64,000 bases of DNA, from the IMG/VR virus record IMGVR_UViG_3300005965_000002, positions 62,001 to 126,000 of that record, one strand, 5' to 3'. The position numbers and the translations under genes were made by a program. Within the stretch, counting starts at the first letter, position 1. Each line of letters begins with the position of its first letter. The notes beneath the pieces are model-generated. The model was given only the letters and a program-made list of their open reading frames with translations. It was not told the DNA's origin and did no database searches. Of this stretch, positions 46,261 to 56,869 are shown piece by piece.

Positions 46261-48134
46261 GCATAGCTGAAATATGCGCTAACATGTCATCCGAAGAGGG
46301 TGTCGATACCAGTAAAATTCTGCATAAAGATGCTATGGAGTTTATTACTGCTCCGTGGGGTCTTGGGATGGGAACTGTACCAGGTGTTCCTTCGTTATAT
46401 CCCGCACAGAGATTTATCATTAAAATGTACTACGGGTTGGAATTAGATAATGGTTCTAATCGTGATATTATAATAAAAGATCAGTTCAACGAAGAAGAAA
46501 TTTACAGATTTAATGAGAAAGAGTATCAGGATTATCTTTTCTCCGAAGGTCGTATAAATAAGGATACTGAAAATAACTGGTTTACTGATCTTACCTTGGT
46601 TATGGGCAGGAGGGCCGGAAAAACTATGCTCACTTCTTGTATAATTTCTTATGAATTATACAAGCTTCTTTCGTATTATTGCCCTCAGGAATTTTACGGT
46701 ATAGTTCCTGAGTCTGAGATACGAGTGACGTGTGTAGCTACAAGCAAAGAAACAGCGGGTGAGCTCTTTAATGCGATTACTGGAAATATTGAGAGATCAG
46801 AGTTTTTTAGAAAGTTTAGAGGAAAACCTACTAAGCAGAGCATGTCTCTAAGAACACAGAGAGACTTGGATAAATATGGTGAGACCGGTAGAGCTACTCT
46901 TTCTATTCATGTGGCTCCATGCAGCGCTAAGGGTCTTCGCGGACATAATAACATTATTGTGGCTCTCGACGAGGTCGCATTCTTTTTTGAGGATGAGAAA
47001 AAAGAAGGAAAAAATTCAGCAAGCGACAGAAACGACCGAGCTATTTATAAAGCTGTTACCCCTTCTGTAGCTAAGTTCCAGGGAAAAGACGGTAAGCCCC
47101 ATGGTAAAATTATTTGTATATCGTCTCCTAATACAAAATCCGGTAAGTTCTTTGAATTGTATGAAAACTCATTTGGTGAGAATACAAAAAATCAGCTTAT
47201 GATACAAGCCCCTACGTGGGAGCTTGATAGTAACTTATCCTCAGAGTTTTTACATAATGAGTATAACTCAAATAGATCTAATTTTTATGTTGAGTACGGA
47301 GCACAGTTTAGTGATAGAGTAAAGGCATGGATAGAAGATCCAATAATAGTACGCCAAAATATAGTACCGGGTCTTATATACATAAAAAGAAGTAGTAACA
47401 GAATACCTCATTTTATGGGAATAGATATAGGACTAAAAGAGGACGGAACCGCTATTTGTATATGCCATCATGAAGAAGAGCTGGTAAACGGGGTACGTGA
47501 GAATTTAATCCAAGTAGACGACTGCCAGGTAAGGTTCGCACATGATGAGGGTAAAAAACATTTCACCCCGCAGGAGTTAGCTGACTGGCTCCATAGTTTT
47601 ACTAATAATTTCTTCATAGTCAAAGCTTTAATGGACCAATATTATGGGATGGGGATTATACCTCTTTTAGAAGATAAAGGCTTAAGACAGTTTGAGTATA
47701 GAATTTTTACTGAGACGCTGAATTCTCAGATTTATCAAAACCTACTCACTCAAATGATATCTTCAAATCTTAGGATTCCTGAAGAAGAAAGAGTGGTTGA
47801 CGGTAAAATTGAAAAAGATTCAGCTCTTGTGCAGGAGCTTCTTTCATTACAAGCTTATCAGAAGAGCAAGTATATAGTAAAGGTAGAAGCCCCGGATAGA
47901 AAAAACGCACACGATGACCGTTCAGATGCTTTCGCTCGTGCGGTCCTTCTAGCAACTGAATACAAAATTAGAGGTAAGGGAGGAAAGGTGGCTGCAGCTA
48001 GCTCAGGAAGAGCTCACAGCCATACTTTACTAAGATCGCTGGAAAGACGAAAAATTGATCTAAACAGACCCACAAGAGGTAGAATGCCATCCAGGACGGG
48101 AATGGGAGCAGGCTCTTTGGGGTTAAGACGATAG
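46257..48134 (+). CDS. terL: Terminase large subunit
   Basis: GRRAGKT, LRG, VALDE, ISSP, EYGAQF, GIDIG..D and HDD motifs. Confidence 0.92.
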   Translation: MSIAEICANMSSEEGVDTSKILHKDAMEFITAPWGLGMGTVPGVPSLYPAQRFIIKMYYGLELDNGSNRDIIIKDQFNEEEIYRFNEKEYQDYLFSEGRINKDTENNWFTDLTLVMGRRAGKTMLTSCIISYELYKLLSYYCPQEFYGIVPESEIRVTCVATSKETAGELFNAITGNIERSEFFRKFRGKPTKQSMSLRTQRDLDKYGETGRATLSIHVAPCSAKGLRGHNNIIVALDEVAFFFEDEKKEGKNSASDRNDRAIYKAVTPSVAKFQGKDGKPHGKIICISSPNTKSGKFFELYENSFGENTKNQLMIQAPTWELDSNLSSEFLHNEYNSNRSNFYVEYGAQFSDRVKAWIEDPIIVRQNIVPGLIYIKRSSNRIPHFMGIDIGLKEDGTAICICHHEEELVNGVRENLIQVDDCQVRFAHDEGKKHFTPQELADWLHSFTNNFFIVKALMDQYYGMGIIPLLEDKGLRQFEYRIFTETLNSQIYQNLLTQMISSNLRIPEEERVVDGKIEKDSALVQELLSLQAYQKSKYIVKVEAPDRKNAHDDRSDAFARAVLLATEYKIRGKGGKVAAASSGRAHSHTLLRSLERRKIDLNRPTRGRMPSRTGMGAGSLGLRR

Positions 48135-48144
48135 GATAGAAAAA

Positions 48145-51100
48145 ATGTCACAAAAATTTCAGGATCAGTTTTATTCTAACATAATAGTATACGATGAAAG
48201 AAAAAGGTACTATTACTTGTGGGCTCGTAAGAATAAGCCTTTGTTAGATGATGAGATTAGAAATTCTCAGTTAGCTATAGTAGATCAGGTTCGTCGCTCT
48301 ATCCAAAATGTGAGCGGTGATGTTTGCGTCCCTATCTCTCCGTATTCAACTAATAATCAGACAAACCCTTTTTCTATTACAGTTCCCGATGTGTATTCAG
48401 ACAATTTTATAGTAAAGGGAGGAAATGGGTTAGAGGCTCCCGCTGTAATGTTTGTAAAAGGATTTTACGTATTCTTGCCTGGAGATATTACATATAGAAA
48501 TCAGAATGATGCTGGTGGTAAATCAATAACGGATGAAGAGTACACAAAGACACCAATACCTGATATTTCAGAACCAAATGAGGATCGTATTGATATTATT
48601 TATGTCGATCTTCATTTTGGAGAGGTGTCTGCTACAGACTTAACTGAATATAAAGATACTAATTTAAGAAATCCTATAGTTGGAACGGAAACAGCAAATA
48701 GGCTAAGAGCTGTTTTTGATATTAGAATTTTAGAGGGGTTTACGTCATCTATAGATGAGAATATATTTAATAGACCCGAATTTTTAGGATCTATATCAAG
48801 TGATGACCCGGAAGCTAATCCTATATATAAAGAGCATTTTAAGGTTCCTATAGCAGTAGTATACAGGGAAGCCAACAAACCGTTAGATTCAAGTACTAAG
48901 ATAGTAGATCTACTTTCACTATATAACAAAAGAATACTTTCTTTAAATGAGATTACTTACAGAACCCTGCACGGAGGTTATGGAGAGACCGCTGTATATG
49001 AGCTAGGGATAAACCAGAACAATCCTAGATTCCCTCACGCTAAGTTAGATGAGGGGGCTTATGCTACAGGACTCAATCAGGGATTCGATACACAGGCATT
49101 TAATACTGATTCCGTAACTCCTCGCGTCCTCGATTCCGATGGTAAATTTGCTGTGGGAGGCCTCCTCGTCGGAAGAGAAGACTCTGAAAAAACGTATCCC
49201 ATTACCTCTGAGACTGGCCCGGTAGGATTATCTGATGGCGAAGCAATGGCGAATCAGATATCTTCAAAATCCGTATATATAGGATATGATAGAGGAGTCA
49301 CAGGATTAAGAGAATACCATGATCGTCTTAATATCCATATGCAAGGCATTACTGGGTTTGCTGGTCTAAGGATTATAAACGAAACCGGGGAAACAGGATC
49401 CATATCTGCCCATATAAAAGGAAAATCCGGTTCAGACGAAAATAATGTGTTTATCGATTATTTGGGTAGGTTAGGGATAAACACTCAGTATCCAGGGTGG
49501 ACCGCTGTAAATACTTTATGGAACACATCAGATGATAATATCGTTTTAGATGTTAATGATTCTGTAAGAATATGGCGGAACCAGTTTATTAAAGGTGACC
49601 AGTATATAGAAGGTAGTGCCTTTGGACAGGGGTGGCAAATACCGCAAAACCCTGAGGCACGTACCCCGGCTGCGTTTGGGTTTACCGGTATCACAAATCA
49701 GACAAGTGGAGTGATTCCAACAGATGATCTAGGTATTACGGGCAGAGCCGCTGTATACTTCAAACCGGGTGTGGCTGTTGTAGGTCACAAGGATGTTCCT
49801 GGGTATACAGGAAATTTTGGTTTTTATGAGGCTTTTGATTCTGATGGCGGCAGAGTTTTCACTATCGGTAGTTTAGGTGAAGATTTTGATAGGACTGTAA
49901 GAACTCTCTTTGGAGTAGGTTTTAGAACTCTATTTTTGACAGATTACAGTTTGTTATACCTACCACAGGGATATGGTCAAATCACGGGAGCAGATTCTCC
50001 ATGGGATCCTGATAAATTAGAAGTTACAGGTTTTGATTATAACGGTAATTTGGTCAATTTTACATATGAGATGCAGTCAACTGTAGGGTTAACCGGTATT
50101 TTTGAATTTGGGCAAGCGCTTGAAAACAATTTCCCCCAAACTAAAGCCCAGATAATACTGGACCCATTTGATGAATCTAGGGATCCGGGCGATAGAGCCG
50201 AGACACACGGGCAGTTAATTATAAAGGATTTGCAGGATAGGTCCTCTTTTAACATAAAATCAGTAAAACTTTATAGGGATAATTGGTTCACACCCCCCGG
50301 AGGCGGTGACTACTTAGAAATCCCTATGGTTGAGTCAAAATTTTTTGGATCCGGTAACCTAGGCGGTAATGTACTTGATCTTAAGTTCGCCAAACTTGAT
50401 CTTGGTGAAGCTGCTAACGCTTGGTTATTTAACGGAGACGTTTTCTTTAATGGTATCGGTGAACTCAATAGAGTCACATTTAGCCCCAACGTTCTTTTCC
50501 GGAACGATGTCTTCGTATATGGAAACTTTGTAGCAGATAGCTTGCTTTTTAATTACGCTAAAGTTAATAGTATGCAAGTTAATAATCAGCTAAAAGTAGA
50601 TGATGATCTAGCTGTTGGAGAGCATGCTGTTTTTGGTTATGATCTGGATGTGGCTTTTTCAAGGCTGAATTTGCAAATAAATATTAACGAAAATCTTACT
50701 TTACTAAATAACGGAGATATGCTGTCTGCTAAATACATAGCTCAGACGACAGGAGACTATGATGATGTTGACATAGATGTCTACGGAAGTTTTATAACAC
50801 AAACTAGAAGATATGGTTATGATCTCAGTCTGAAAATAGGTGGAAAATTCGGGAGTGATACAGACCCCTTAGGAATACATCTGATAGATAATAGATCAGG
50901 CATAACTTTAAATTCCGGGGATAGTCCTGATACTATAGTGTTTGACTACGGAAACGGTAGGGGTGATTACGGGACTCTTAATATAAATGTGAGGGGTAAT
51001 CTAACAGCTTCACAAGGAGTTTTGGCTGCAAACGTATCAGCGGGATCCGATCTCACGGAAGCTAACACTGATTATGCCCTCTATGTAAGCGGTGACAGCC

Positions 51101-52173
51101 GCATAGTAGGAACATTAACTGTTAACCAAATTAAGTACACAGGGAGTGAGGCTTCTGAAGACGGAGACCAAATAACTACTCCTCCTAATGTCAATGTTAT
51201 TGAAAGAAGTCAAGAATTTGTCATTGAGCCTCAAGGTGATATCTTAAGAACCAAAAAGTTTTCTTTATCCACAAAGGTTCTTCTTAACAATTCCGGTGGG
51301 TTGGGCGGTTCCCTGTACGAGTCATATGAATCGAATCCACCAACAGTCACCGAAGCGGATGTTTCTAGTACTACAGCTCTATTCGCGCATGATAACTTAA
51401 CGTATACGCAAGATGCTTTTAATGGAGATTATAGTCAAGATGAAGCTACTATCGAGCTTCGAGCAAGCGACTTTACTGACTCCTCTGTGCCAGAAGTGTT
51501 CCGGAGAAATTTCGACAGAATAACTATAGTTACATTAGGCACTCTTAGATCTACATTTGTCGGGTATGTGAGGGGTACGGATTACGGTATATCTAATGCC
51601 GATAAAGATAGCAGGGATCCAGCAAAAATAGTGCAGTCCTATGAATTTGAAAGCAGGTATTTTAGGAATAAGAACGGTGGTAGCATCATTAATTGGTTGC
51701 CTTCCTCATCAGGATCTAGCTCCAGATTTGGAGACGAGAACCTCATAGCTAAAGTAGAAGCCGATCTTATAGGTACTCATCCAAATAGACCAGAGATATA
51801 CCATATAGACAAACCCATAGCGGTTTTTCTACCACTCGATGTGTGGGAAAGGTATTGTATTAGATATCCGGATGCTTCAGATGCTTACACATACTCACTT
51901 TATTACCCTAAAGAAAATTTGATAGATAATTTAAACAGGGCAAAGTTTGAACAGTTAACAAGCTTCTCTAACACTGACGGCACTCCCGAAGATGAGTGGT
52001 TTTTAACTTTATACCCACAGCTTAACAATGTCACATCTGTAGCCTTTGCAGGTAGTAACAGTGATAGGTTGTATCGGGCAGAGTGGGATTTAAACATTAT
52101 AGTATACTCCAAAATATACGGTAAATGCTCTAATTTGATAGGTAATATAAACGTTTCTTATATGCAGGGATAA
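48145..52173 (+). CDS. Large virion structural protein (tail fibre/baseplate-like)
   Basis: N-terminal KPLLDDE and R.DIIYVDL..EV..D.L..ETANRL pattern; GRLGINT and beta-helix-like G/N/D-rich body. Confidence 0.6.
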   Translation: MSQKFQDQFYSNIIVYDERKRYYYLWARKNKPLLDDEIRNSQLAIVDQVRRSIQNVSGDVCVPISPYSTNNQTNPFSITVPDVYSDNFIVKGGNGLEAPAVMFVKGFYVFLPGDITYRNQNDAGGKSITDEEYTKTPIPDISEPNEDRIDIIYVDLHFGEVSATDLTEYKDTNLRNPIVGTETANRLRAVFDIRILEGFTSSIDENIFNRPEFLGSISSDDPEANPIYKEHFKVPIAVVYREANKPLDSSTKIVDLLSLYNKRILSLNEITYRTLHGGYGETAVYELGINQNNPRFPHAKLDEGAYATGLNQGFDTQAFNTDSVTPRVLDSDGKFAVGGLLVGREDSEKTYPITSETGPVGLSDGEAMANQISSKSVYIGYDRGVTGLREYHDRLNIHMQGITGFAGLRIINETGETGSISAHIKGKSGSDENNVFIDYLGRLGINTQYPGWTAVNTLWNTSDDNIVLDVNDSVRIWRNQFIKGDQYIEGSAFGQGWQIPQNPEARTPAAFGFTGITNQTSGVIPTDDLGITGRAAVYFKPGVAVVGHKDVPGYTGNFGFYEAFDSDGGRVFTIGSLGEDFDRTVRTLFGVGFRTLFLTDYSLLYLPQGYGQITGADSPWDPDKLEVTGFDYNGNLVNFTYEMQSTVGLTGIFEFGQALENNFPQTKAQIILDPFDESRDPGDRAETHGQLIIKDLQDRSSFNIKSVKLYRDNWFTPPGGGDYLEIPMVESKFFGSGNLGGNVLDLKFAKLDLGEAANAWLFNGDVFFNGIGELNRVTFSPNVLFRNDVFVYGNFVADSLLFNYAKVNSMQVNNQLKVDDDLAVGEHAVFGYDLDVAFSRLNLQININENLTLLNNGDMLSAKYIAQTTGDYDDVDIDVYGSFITQTRRYGYDLSLKIGGKFGSDTDPLGIHLIDNRSGITLNSGDSPDTIVFDYGNGRGDYGTLNINVRGNLTASQGVLAANVSAGSDLTEANTDYALYVSGDSRIVGTLTVNQIKYTGSEASEDGDQITTPPNVNVIERSQEFVIEPQGDILRTKKFSLSTKVLLNNSGGLGGSLYESYESNPPTVTEADVSSTTALFAHDNLTYTQDAFNGDYSQDEATIELRASDFTDSSVPEVFRRNFDRITIVTLGTLRSTFVGYVRGTDYGISNADKDSRDPAKIVQSYEFESRYFRNKNGGSIINWLPSSSGSSSRFGDENLIAKVEADLIGTHPNRPEIYHIDKPIAVFLPLDVWERYCIRYPDASDAYTYSLYYPKENLIDNLNRAKFEQLTSFSNTDGTPEDEWFLTLYPQLNNVTSVAFAGSNSDRLYRAEWDLNIIVYSKIYGKCSNLIGNINVSYMQG

Positions 52174-52175
52174 AT

Positions 52176-52364
52176 ATGCCTGGAGATTTAAAAGATCAAG
52201 AATGGTCAGCCTGGCCTGGATATTATGATCAAAGGTACCAGGATAATCCCGGATTTACTTACATGCCGGAGCCTAAAAGTGAGCAGGTACAGGTAAAAAG
52301 AATAATGAAAAGAATTCGAAAAAAATTCTTAAATGGGGAAGATCCAGATGGCAAATCCAAATAA
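52176..52364 (+). CDS. Small hypothetical protein
   Basis: Tightly coupled ORF. Confidence 0.5.
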   Translation: MPGDLKDQEWSAWPGYYDQRYQDNPGFTYMPEPKSEQVQVKRIMKRIRKKFLNGEDPDGKSK

Positions 52365-52686
52365 AATGATATCTGATTCAACACGCATGTCAAAGAAGCT
52401 TAAGGGAGAGATTGGTAAGTTAATGGCCCTATATGATGAGCTCTTTAAAGACATTGACCGAAAGTTCAGGACAGAGTATGTGAACCAAAATGGATCCATT
52501 GACGGGTTAGAAGATTTTTACACATTACTTATGGATTTGAAAATTAATAAATCTAAACTTAAGAATATTTTTTCTTTAATGTCTAGAATGAAGGATTTAA
52601 CTAAATACGATATTAATGAGGCTGAGAAGAAGATAGAAGACGAAAAAGAAAAAATAGAAGAAATAATAGATGGATCATTTAGATAG
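52333..52686 (+). CDS. Hypothetical helical protein
   Basis: ORF upstream of portal. Confidence 0.55.
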   Translation: MGKIQMANPNKMISDSTRMSKKLKGEIGKLMALYDELFKDIDRKFRTEYVNQNGSIDGLEDFYTLLMDLKINKSKLKNIFSLMSRMKDLTKYDINEAEKKIEDEKEKIEEIIDGSFR

Positions 52687-52695
52687 GAGATATAA

Positions 52696-55600
52696 ATGGC
52701 TGGGAGAAAAACAGGGAACAAAGGAACAACACCAAAGACTACGGTCACTAAGACTGCCTCTGAGGATTTAACTGTCCAGGAAGTACGTGGGGTAAAACCT
52801 ACTATGAAATTAACTGATAAAGAAAAACAAGTACGTGCGTTGAAGAAGTATGCTACTACCTCCTTTGGTTTTGGTAGTAGGGTAAGTTCAATGTACGGAA
52901 ATACGATGTTAAGTAATGAGGGTAATTTTTATTCTCCCCAGCTAAGTACAGACTTTCTTGAAAAACCACAAAATTTAAGAGAGAGACGGGCTTGGTATAG
53001 GCACTTCTATAATAGTAATGAGTTTGTAGGATCAGCAATAGACTTGCATTCCACCCTGCCTTTATCCAAAGTAAAACTGGAAAAGCCTAAGTGTAAAAAC
53101 CCAAAAATGGCACAATATGTTTATACGTTTTTTGAGGACATGTGCCAAGATATGAGACTGTTCAAGGTTCTTACAGAAATAAGCCACGAGTACTGGCTGA
53201 TGGGAAATTGTCTGGGAAAGAACTCAAAGCTTAGGTGTGTGGACTCTTATAAGAAAGCTGTTGATGTATCAGTAGGGGATTATGTACTTACTCATGAGGG
53301 TAGATTTAGAAGAGTAAAGAATAAATTTTCTCGGTACTCAGAAAAAATAACAAATATAGAAATGTGGAAAACTTATAAGAAGTTGGATCTTACAGAAGAA
53401 CATCCGGTTGAAGTTTATAGAAATGGTAAATTTGAATTTATAGAAGTCAAAGATCTAACGGAAGATGATTACATACGTGTAACATGGGTAAAAGATATAG
53501 ATGATGTAAAAACCATAAATTACTTAGAGAGTTTTAAAAATTTGGATATTACAGAATCTGGATATACGAAAGAAACAAATATAAAGAGAAAAAGAGCTAA
53601 GAAATCTCATGAATGCAGATTAAAGATGCTATTTTGGTTATCCAATTTAACGGAGCCTGTGATCAAGTCTAGAGATGACATAGCCTTTGATTTGAATGTT
53701 GAAAGAAAGACACTAGATAATGTTTTAACACAGTTAAATAAAGAATTTGGTAAAAGCAGATATAGTAGAAGAATAGGAGCGTCCAACTATCAAAAAGGAT
53801 CAAGGGTAGAGTGGCTACCTTTTAAATATTCTGATGTTGATAGCTGTTATGAGATAAAAAGGATAGAAAATTTTACCACTCCCCACACGGTTGATATTGA
53901 TGAAGATTTCTGCTATTTACTCGGGTACTGGATTGGGGATGGAACAATTTCAAGAGATAATAGTAGAAAGAATATTTGGGGAAGAGCTATATGGAATATT
54001 GTTTTTGGTGATAGCTCTGATAAACAAAAAGAAAAAATATATAGAATATTGCAGGAAAAGATAGGTATACAATGTATTAAGGAATGGGATTCCTACAGAG
54101 ACTGTGGAGATGGTAAAGTTAGTAAGCTTAGTACTGTTAAGATTAAGAGTAATCCTGCGTTTGTAGAGTGGTGGGCTAATAATTTTGGAGAGACTACAAA
54201 AGGTGATAATAGGAAAAAGATACCTTTATGGGTTTCTAAATTGCCCTTAAATAAGCTATATGCTCTTATAGCTGGTTTAGTTGATTCTGACGGATGTATA
54301 TCAAATGGTGTTTGTGATATTAGTTTATCTTCAGAATCATTGATTAGTTCTATACAGGAAATTTTGCTGAAATGTAATATTGTGCCTAATATTAATAAAA
54401 AGGAAGGAACTAAAGGAACAGGTGTTTTAAACAATAATGGAAAAATCTATAGCGATGTATATAAAGTTGTATTTAAAGCTAGAGATTTTTCTTCTTTTGT
54501 AGGAAACTATTCTATAAAGGGCGCAAAGTATTCGGATATAAAGCAAGAAAAGCCATACCTAAGCAAATACATAATTACAGATAATGGTGATATAGCATTT
54601 AAAGTAAAAAAGATAACAGAATCTGAATATAATGATATGGTTTTTAACTTTGAAGTGGAAGAAGACCATACTTTTCAAGTAGAGGGTTTTTCCACACACA
54701 ACTGTTTTCCTTTTGCCGAAGACCACGATCCTTACGATGGTGATGAGCAGACTGTAGCCCATCTTAAAGAAGAGGGTAGACAGAGAGCTGAGTACCTGTG
54801 GGAAAATTTTAAAGTAAGAGACAAAGACCCTAATTACAAAGGTTGGAGAAAAATTATCATTTTACCCCCGGATCAGGTTCGGGTAAGAAATGTCCTGTTG
54901 TCCGACCAAGAATCAATTATAGAATTCATGCCTGACCCGGAGACAAAAAAGTTAATAATGGGAGAGGGGTTAGGTAGGGTGTATGGCTATAGTGAAAGTA
55001 TGCAAATAAGCGAGATGGAAAAGAACATAAGCGTACCTGAAAAAATGAGGGATCAGATTAGAGAGGGGGGATCCATACCTCTAGATACTGATCCATATAC
55101 AGGTTCTCACGTTTACCACTTAGCCAGGAAAAAGAGCCAGTATGAGACACTGGGTGTATCAATATTAGAGAGATGTATCAATACCCTCCTTTTTGCCGAT
55201 AAAATCCGTCAGGCTCAGACTTCTATAGCCTCTCGACATATGACCCCTATTAGAATTGTATGGGCAGAGGAGCTCAATGAGGCGGATGTTGAAGCTCTGA
55301 GAGAACAGGTAGACCTTGCTCTAGTGGATCCAGATTATTCCATTATAACCAATTACCAAGTAAATTGGGAAGAGATGGGAAGTAATGGAAGATTGTTGGA
55401 GTTATCTACAGAGTACGAGCATATAGAGAATTCTTTGTTTGCTGGTTTAAATGTCACTAGGGAAATTCTGACCGGTGAAGGTTCATACTCTGGTAGCCGA
55501 ATTACCCTGGAGGTAATGAATCGAATCTATCTGCTCTTCCGAGATAGCATCCAAGAGTACATAGAAAATTATCTCTTTAAGCCCGTGGCCCATAAAAAGG

Positions 55601-56139
55601 GATTTGTTGAGAAAGATGAGTTTGGAAGAGAGCGGTTGATTTATCCTAAGCTGTCCTTCACGAGACTCGCTATTAAGGATAATGATGTTTATTTTGACCA
55701 GGTAAATCAGCTATATCAGAAGGGTTCGGTATCAGTAGATGTTATCTTGGATATGCTTGGTATTGATCCTGACGCTACAAAAGAAAAAATTGAAGCGGAT
55801 CTATTCACTGTTAATGACGCCTCCTTTAACGCTTTTATGCAGTCCCTATACACCGCTGTCGGATCTGACTTCTTCCAAAAGTATGATGTTGAAGGGGCTC
55901 TGGCTAAGTATCTCAGGATACCGGAGCTTGTGCAGCCTGCCGGAGAAGAAGAAGGAGGTTTAGGCGGAGCAGGTCTGGGAGGCGGACTAGGCGGAGGAGA
56001 AGCTCGGTTTGCTTCAGAAGATACTTCTGATATGACAGAGAGAAGGAAGGCGGCATTGCAGAAATTGATGAAGATAGCTATCAAAAACCCAGATAAACTG
56101 GATAAGCTAGCTCAAATTTTCGACCGTAAGAGAATATAA
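52696..56139 (+). CDS. Portal protein, intein-containing
   Basis: FVGSAIDLHS..P, EYWLMGN, HLARK..Y..G.SIL pattern; ~650 aa after splicing; lies between terL and the protease. Confidence 0.8.
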   Translation: MAGRKTGNKGTTPKTTVTKTASEDLTVQEVRGVKPTMKLTDKEKQVRALKKYATTSFGFGSRVSSMYGNTMLSNEGNFYSPQLSTDFLEKPQNLRERRAWYRHFYNSNEFVGSAIDLHSTLPLSKVKLEKPKCKNPKMAQYVYTFFEDMCQDMRLFKVLTEISHEYWLMGNCLGKNSKLRCVDSYKKAVDVSVGDYVLTHEGRFRRVKNKFSRYSEKITNIEMWKTYKKLDLTEEHPVEVYRNGKFEFIEVKDLTEDDYIRVTWVKDIDDVKTINYLESFKNLDITESGYTKETNIKRKRAKKSHECRLKMLFWLSNLTEPVIKSRDDIAFDLNVERKTLDNVLTQLNKEFGKSRYSRRIGASNYQKGSRVEWLPFKYSDVDSCYEIKRIENFTTPHTVDIDEDFCYLLGYWIGDGTISRDNSRKNIWGRAIWNIVFGDSSDKQKEKIYRILQEKIGIQCIKEWDSYRDCGDGKVSKLSTVKIKSNPAFVEWWANNFGETTKGDNRKKIPLWVSKLPLNKLYALIAGLVDSDGCISNGVCDISLSSESLISSIQEILLKCNIVPNINKKEGTKGTGVLNNNGKIYSDVYKVVFKARDFSSFVGNYSIKGAKYSDIKQEKPYLSKYIITDNGDIAFKVKKITESEYNDMVFNFEVEEDHTFQVEGFSTHNCFPFAEDHDPYDGDEQTVAHLKEEGRQRAEYLWENFKVRDKDPNYKGWRKIIILPPDQVRVRNVLLSDQESIIEFMPDPETKKLIMGEGLGRVYGYSESMQISEMEKNISVPEKMRDQIREGGSIPLDTDPYTGSHVYHLARKKSQYETLGVSILERCINTLLFADKIRQAQTSIASRHMTPIRIVWAEELNEADVEALREQVDLALVDPDYSIITNYQVNWEEMGSNGRLLELSTEYEHIENSLFAGLNVTREILTGEGSYSGSRITLEVMNRIYLLFRDSIQEYIENYLFKPVAHKKGFVEKDEFGRERLIYPKLSFTRLAIKDNDVYFDQVNQLYQKGSVSVDVILDMLGIDPDATKEKIEADLFTVNDASFNAFMQSLYTAVGSDFFQKYDVEGALAKYLRIPELVQPAGEEEGGLGGAGLGGGLGGGEARFASEDTSDMTERRKAALQKLMKIAIKNPDKLDKLAQIFDRKRI
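53209..54702 (+). mobile_element. LAGLIDADG intein (498 aa) in portal
   Basis: LMGN|CLGKNSKL..LTEEHP..STHN|CFPF; LLGYWIGDG and LIAGLVDSDG. Confidence 0.93.
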
Positions 56140-56519
56140 TGAAGTATAAGTTAATCTCCGATTTTATAAAAAAGCTTTCTTATGAATTAGAAATCGACCC
56201 GCCAAAAAGGGAAGAAGGGGGCTCTGGGTTTATTAAAAATCCAGTAGTTAAGAATATTAAGCCTAGACCTGCAGAAGAAATCTACCAAGAAGATGTTGAA
56301 CAAGAAGAAACACAAAGTCCTCGTTCATTTAAAAGACCGTCAGATGAGTTAGTAGAGCATGAGTATGAAAAAACCGATAAGCCCCATGTTAAGCCTGAAA
56401 GAGGCAAGCCCGCTCCTCAGAAATGGGATTATAAAGATACTATGACAGATTATATGAGAGAATATAGGCGTCAAAATAAGGACTTAGATACAGGTAATAG
56501 ATATATAAAAAGGAAATAA
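56139..56519 (+). CDS. Hypothetical head-module protein
   Basis: Coupled to the portal stop; YMREYR motif. Confidence 0.55.
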   Translation: MKYKLISDFIKKLSYELEIDPPKREEGGSGFIKNPVVKNIKPRPAEEIYQEDVEQEETQSPRSFKRPSDELVEHEYEKTDKPHVKPERGKPAPQKWDYKDTMTDYMREYRRQNKDLDTGNRYIKRK

Positions 56520-56546
56520 CCTCAGGATTTTTATATCAAGGAGTTT

Positions 56547-56843
56547 ATGATGGCGAAAGTTCCAAGACCCATGGTTAAACAGATTGAAAATATCGAAGAG
56601 ATTATTAAAAGTCTCTGCGATCTTGTGAACGATAGTAAAATAAAGCTTGAGTATTATGGCAAGGATTTTTTGGAAGAGTTGTCAGAAATCAGGCAGTCAG
56701 GTTTGGAGTTAAGAGATCGTTTGGAAATTTTTAAGAATAAGATGGAGTATGCTGCTAACGAGCAATTTAATAGCAGCAGCCGGTTCGCATCTACAGATTC
56801 CGTGAAAAGAGTGGTAGATGGATATTTATCTAGAAACTCCTAA
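56547..56843 (+). CDS. Hypothetical head-module protein
   Basis: AGGAG RBS; RFAS motif. Confidence 0.55.
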   Translation: MMAKVPRPMVKQIENIEEIIKSLCDLVNDSKIKLEYYGKDFLEELSEIRQSGLELRDRLEIFKNKMEYAANEQFNSSSRFASTDSVKRVVDGYLSRNS

Positions 56844-56869
56844 CATAATCTATTAATATCACTCAATAA

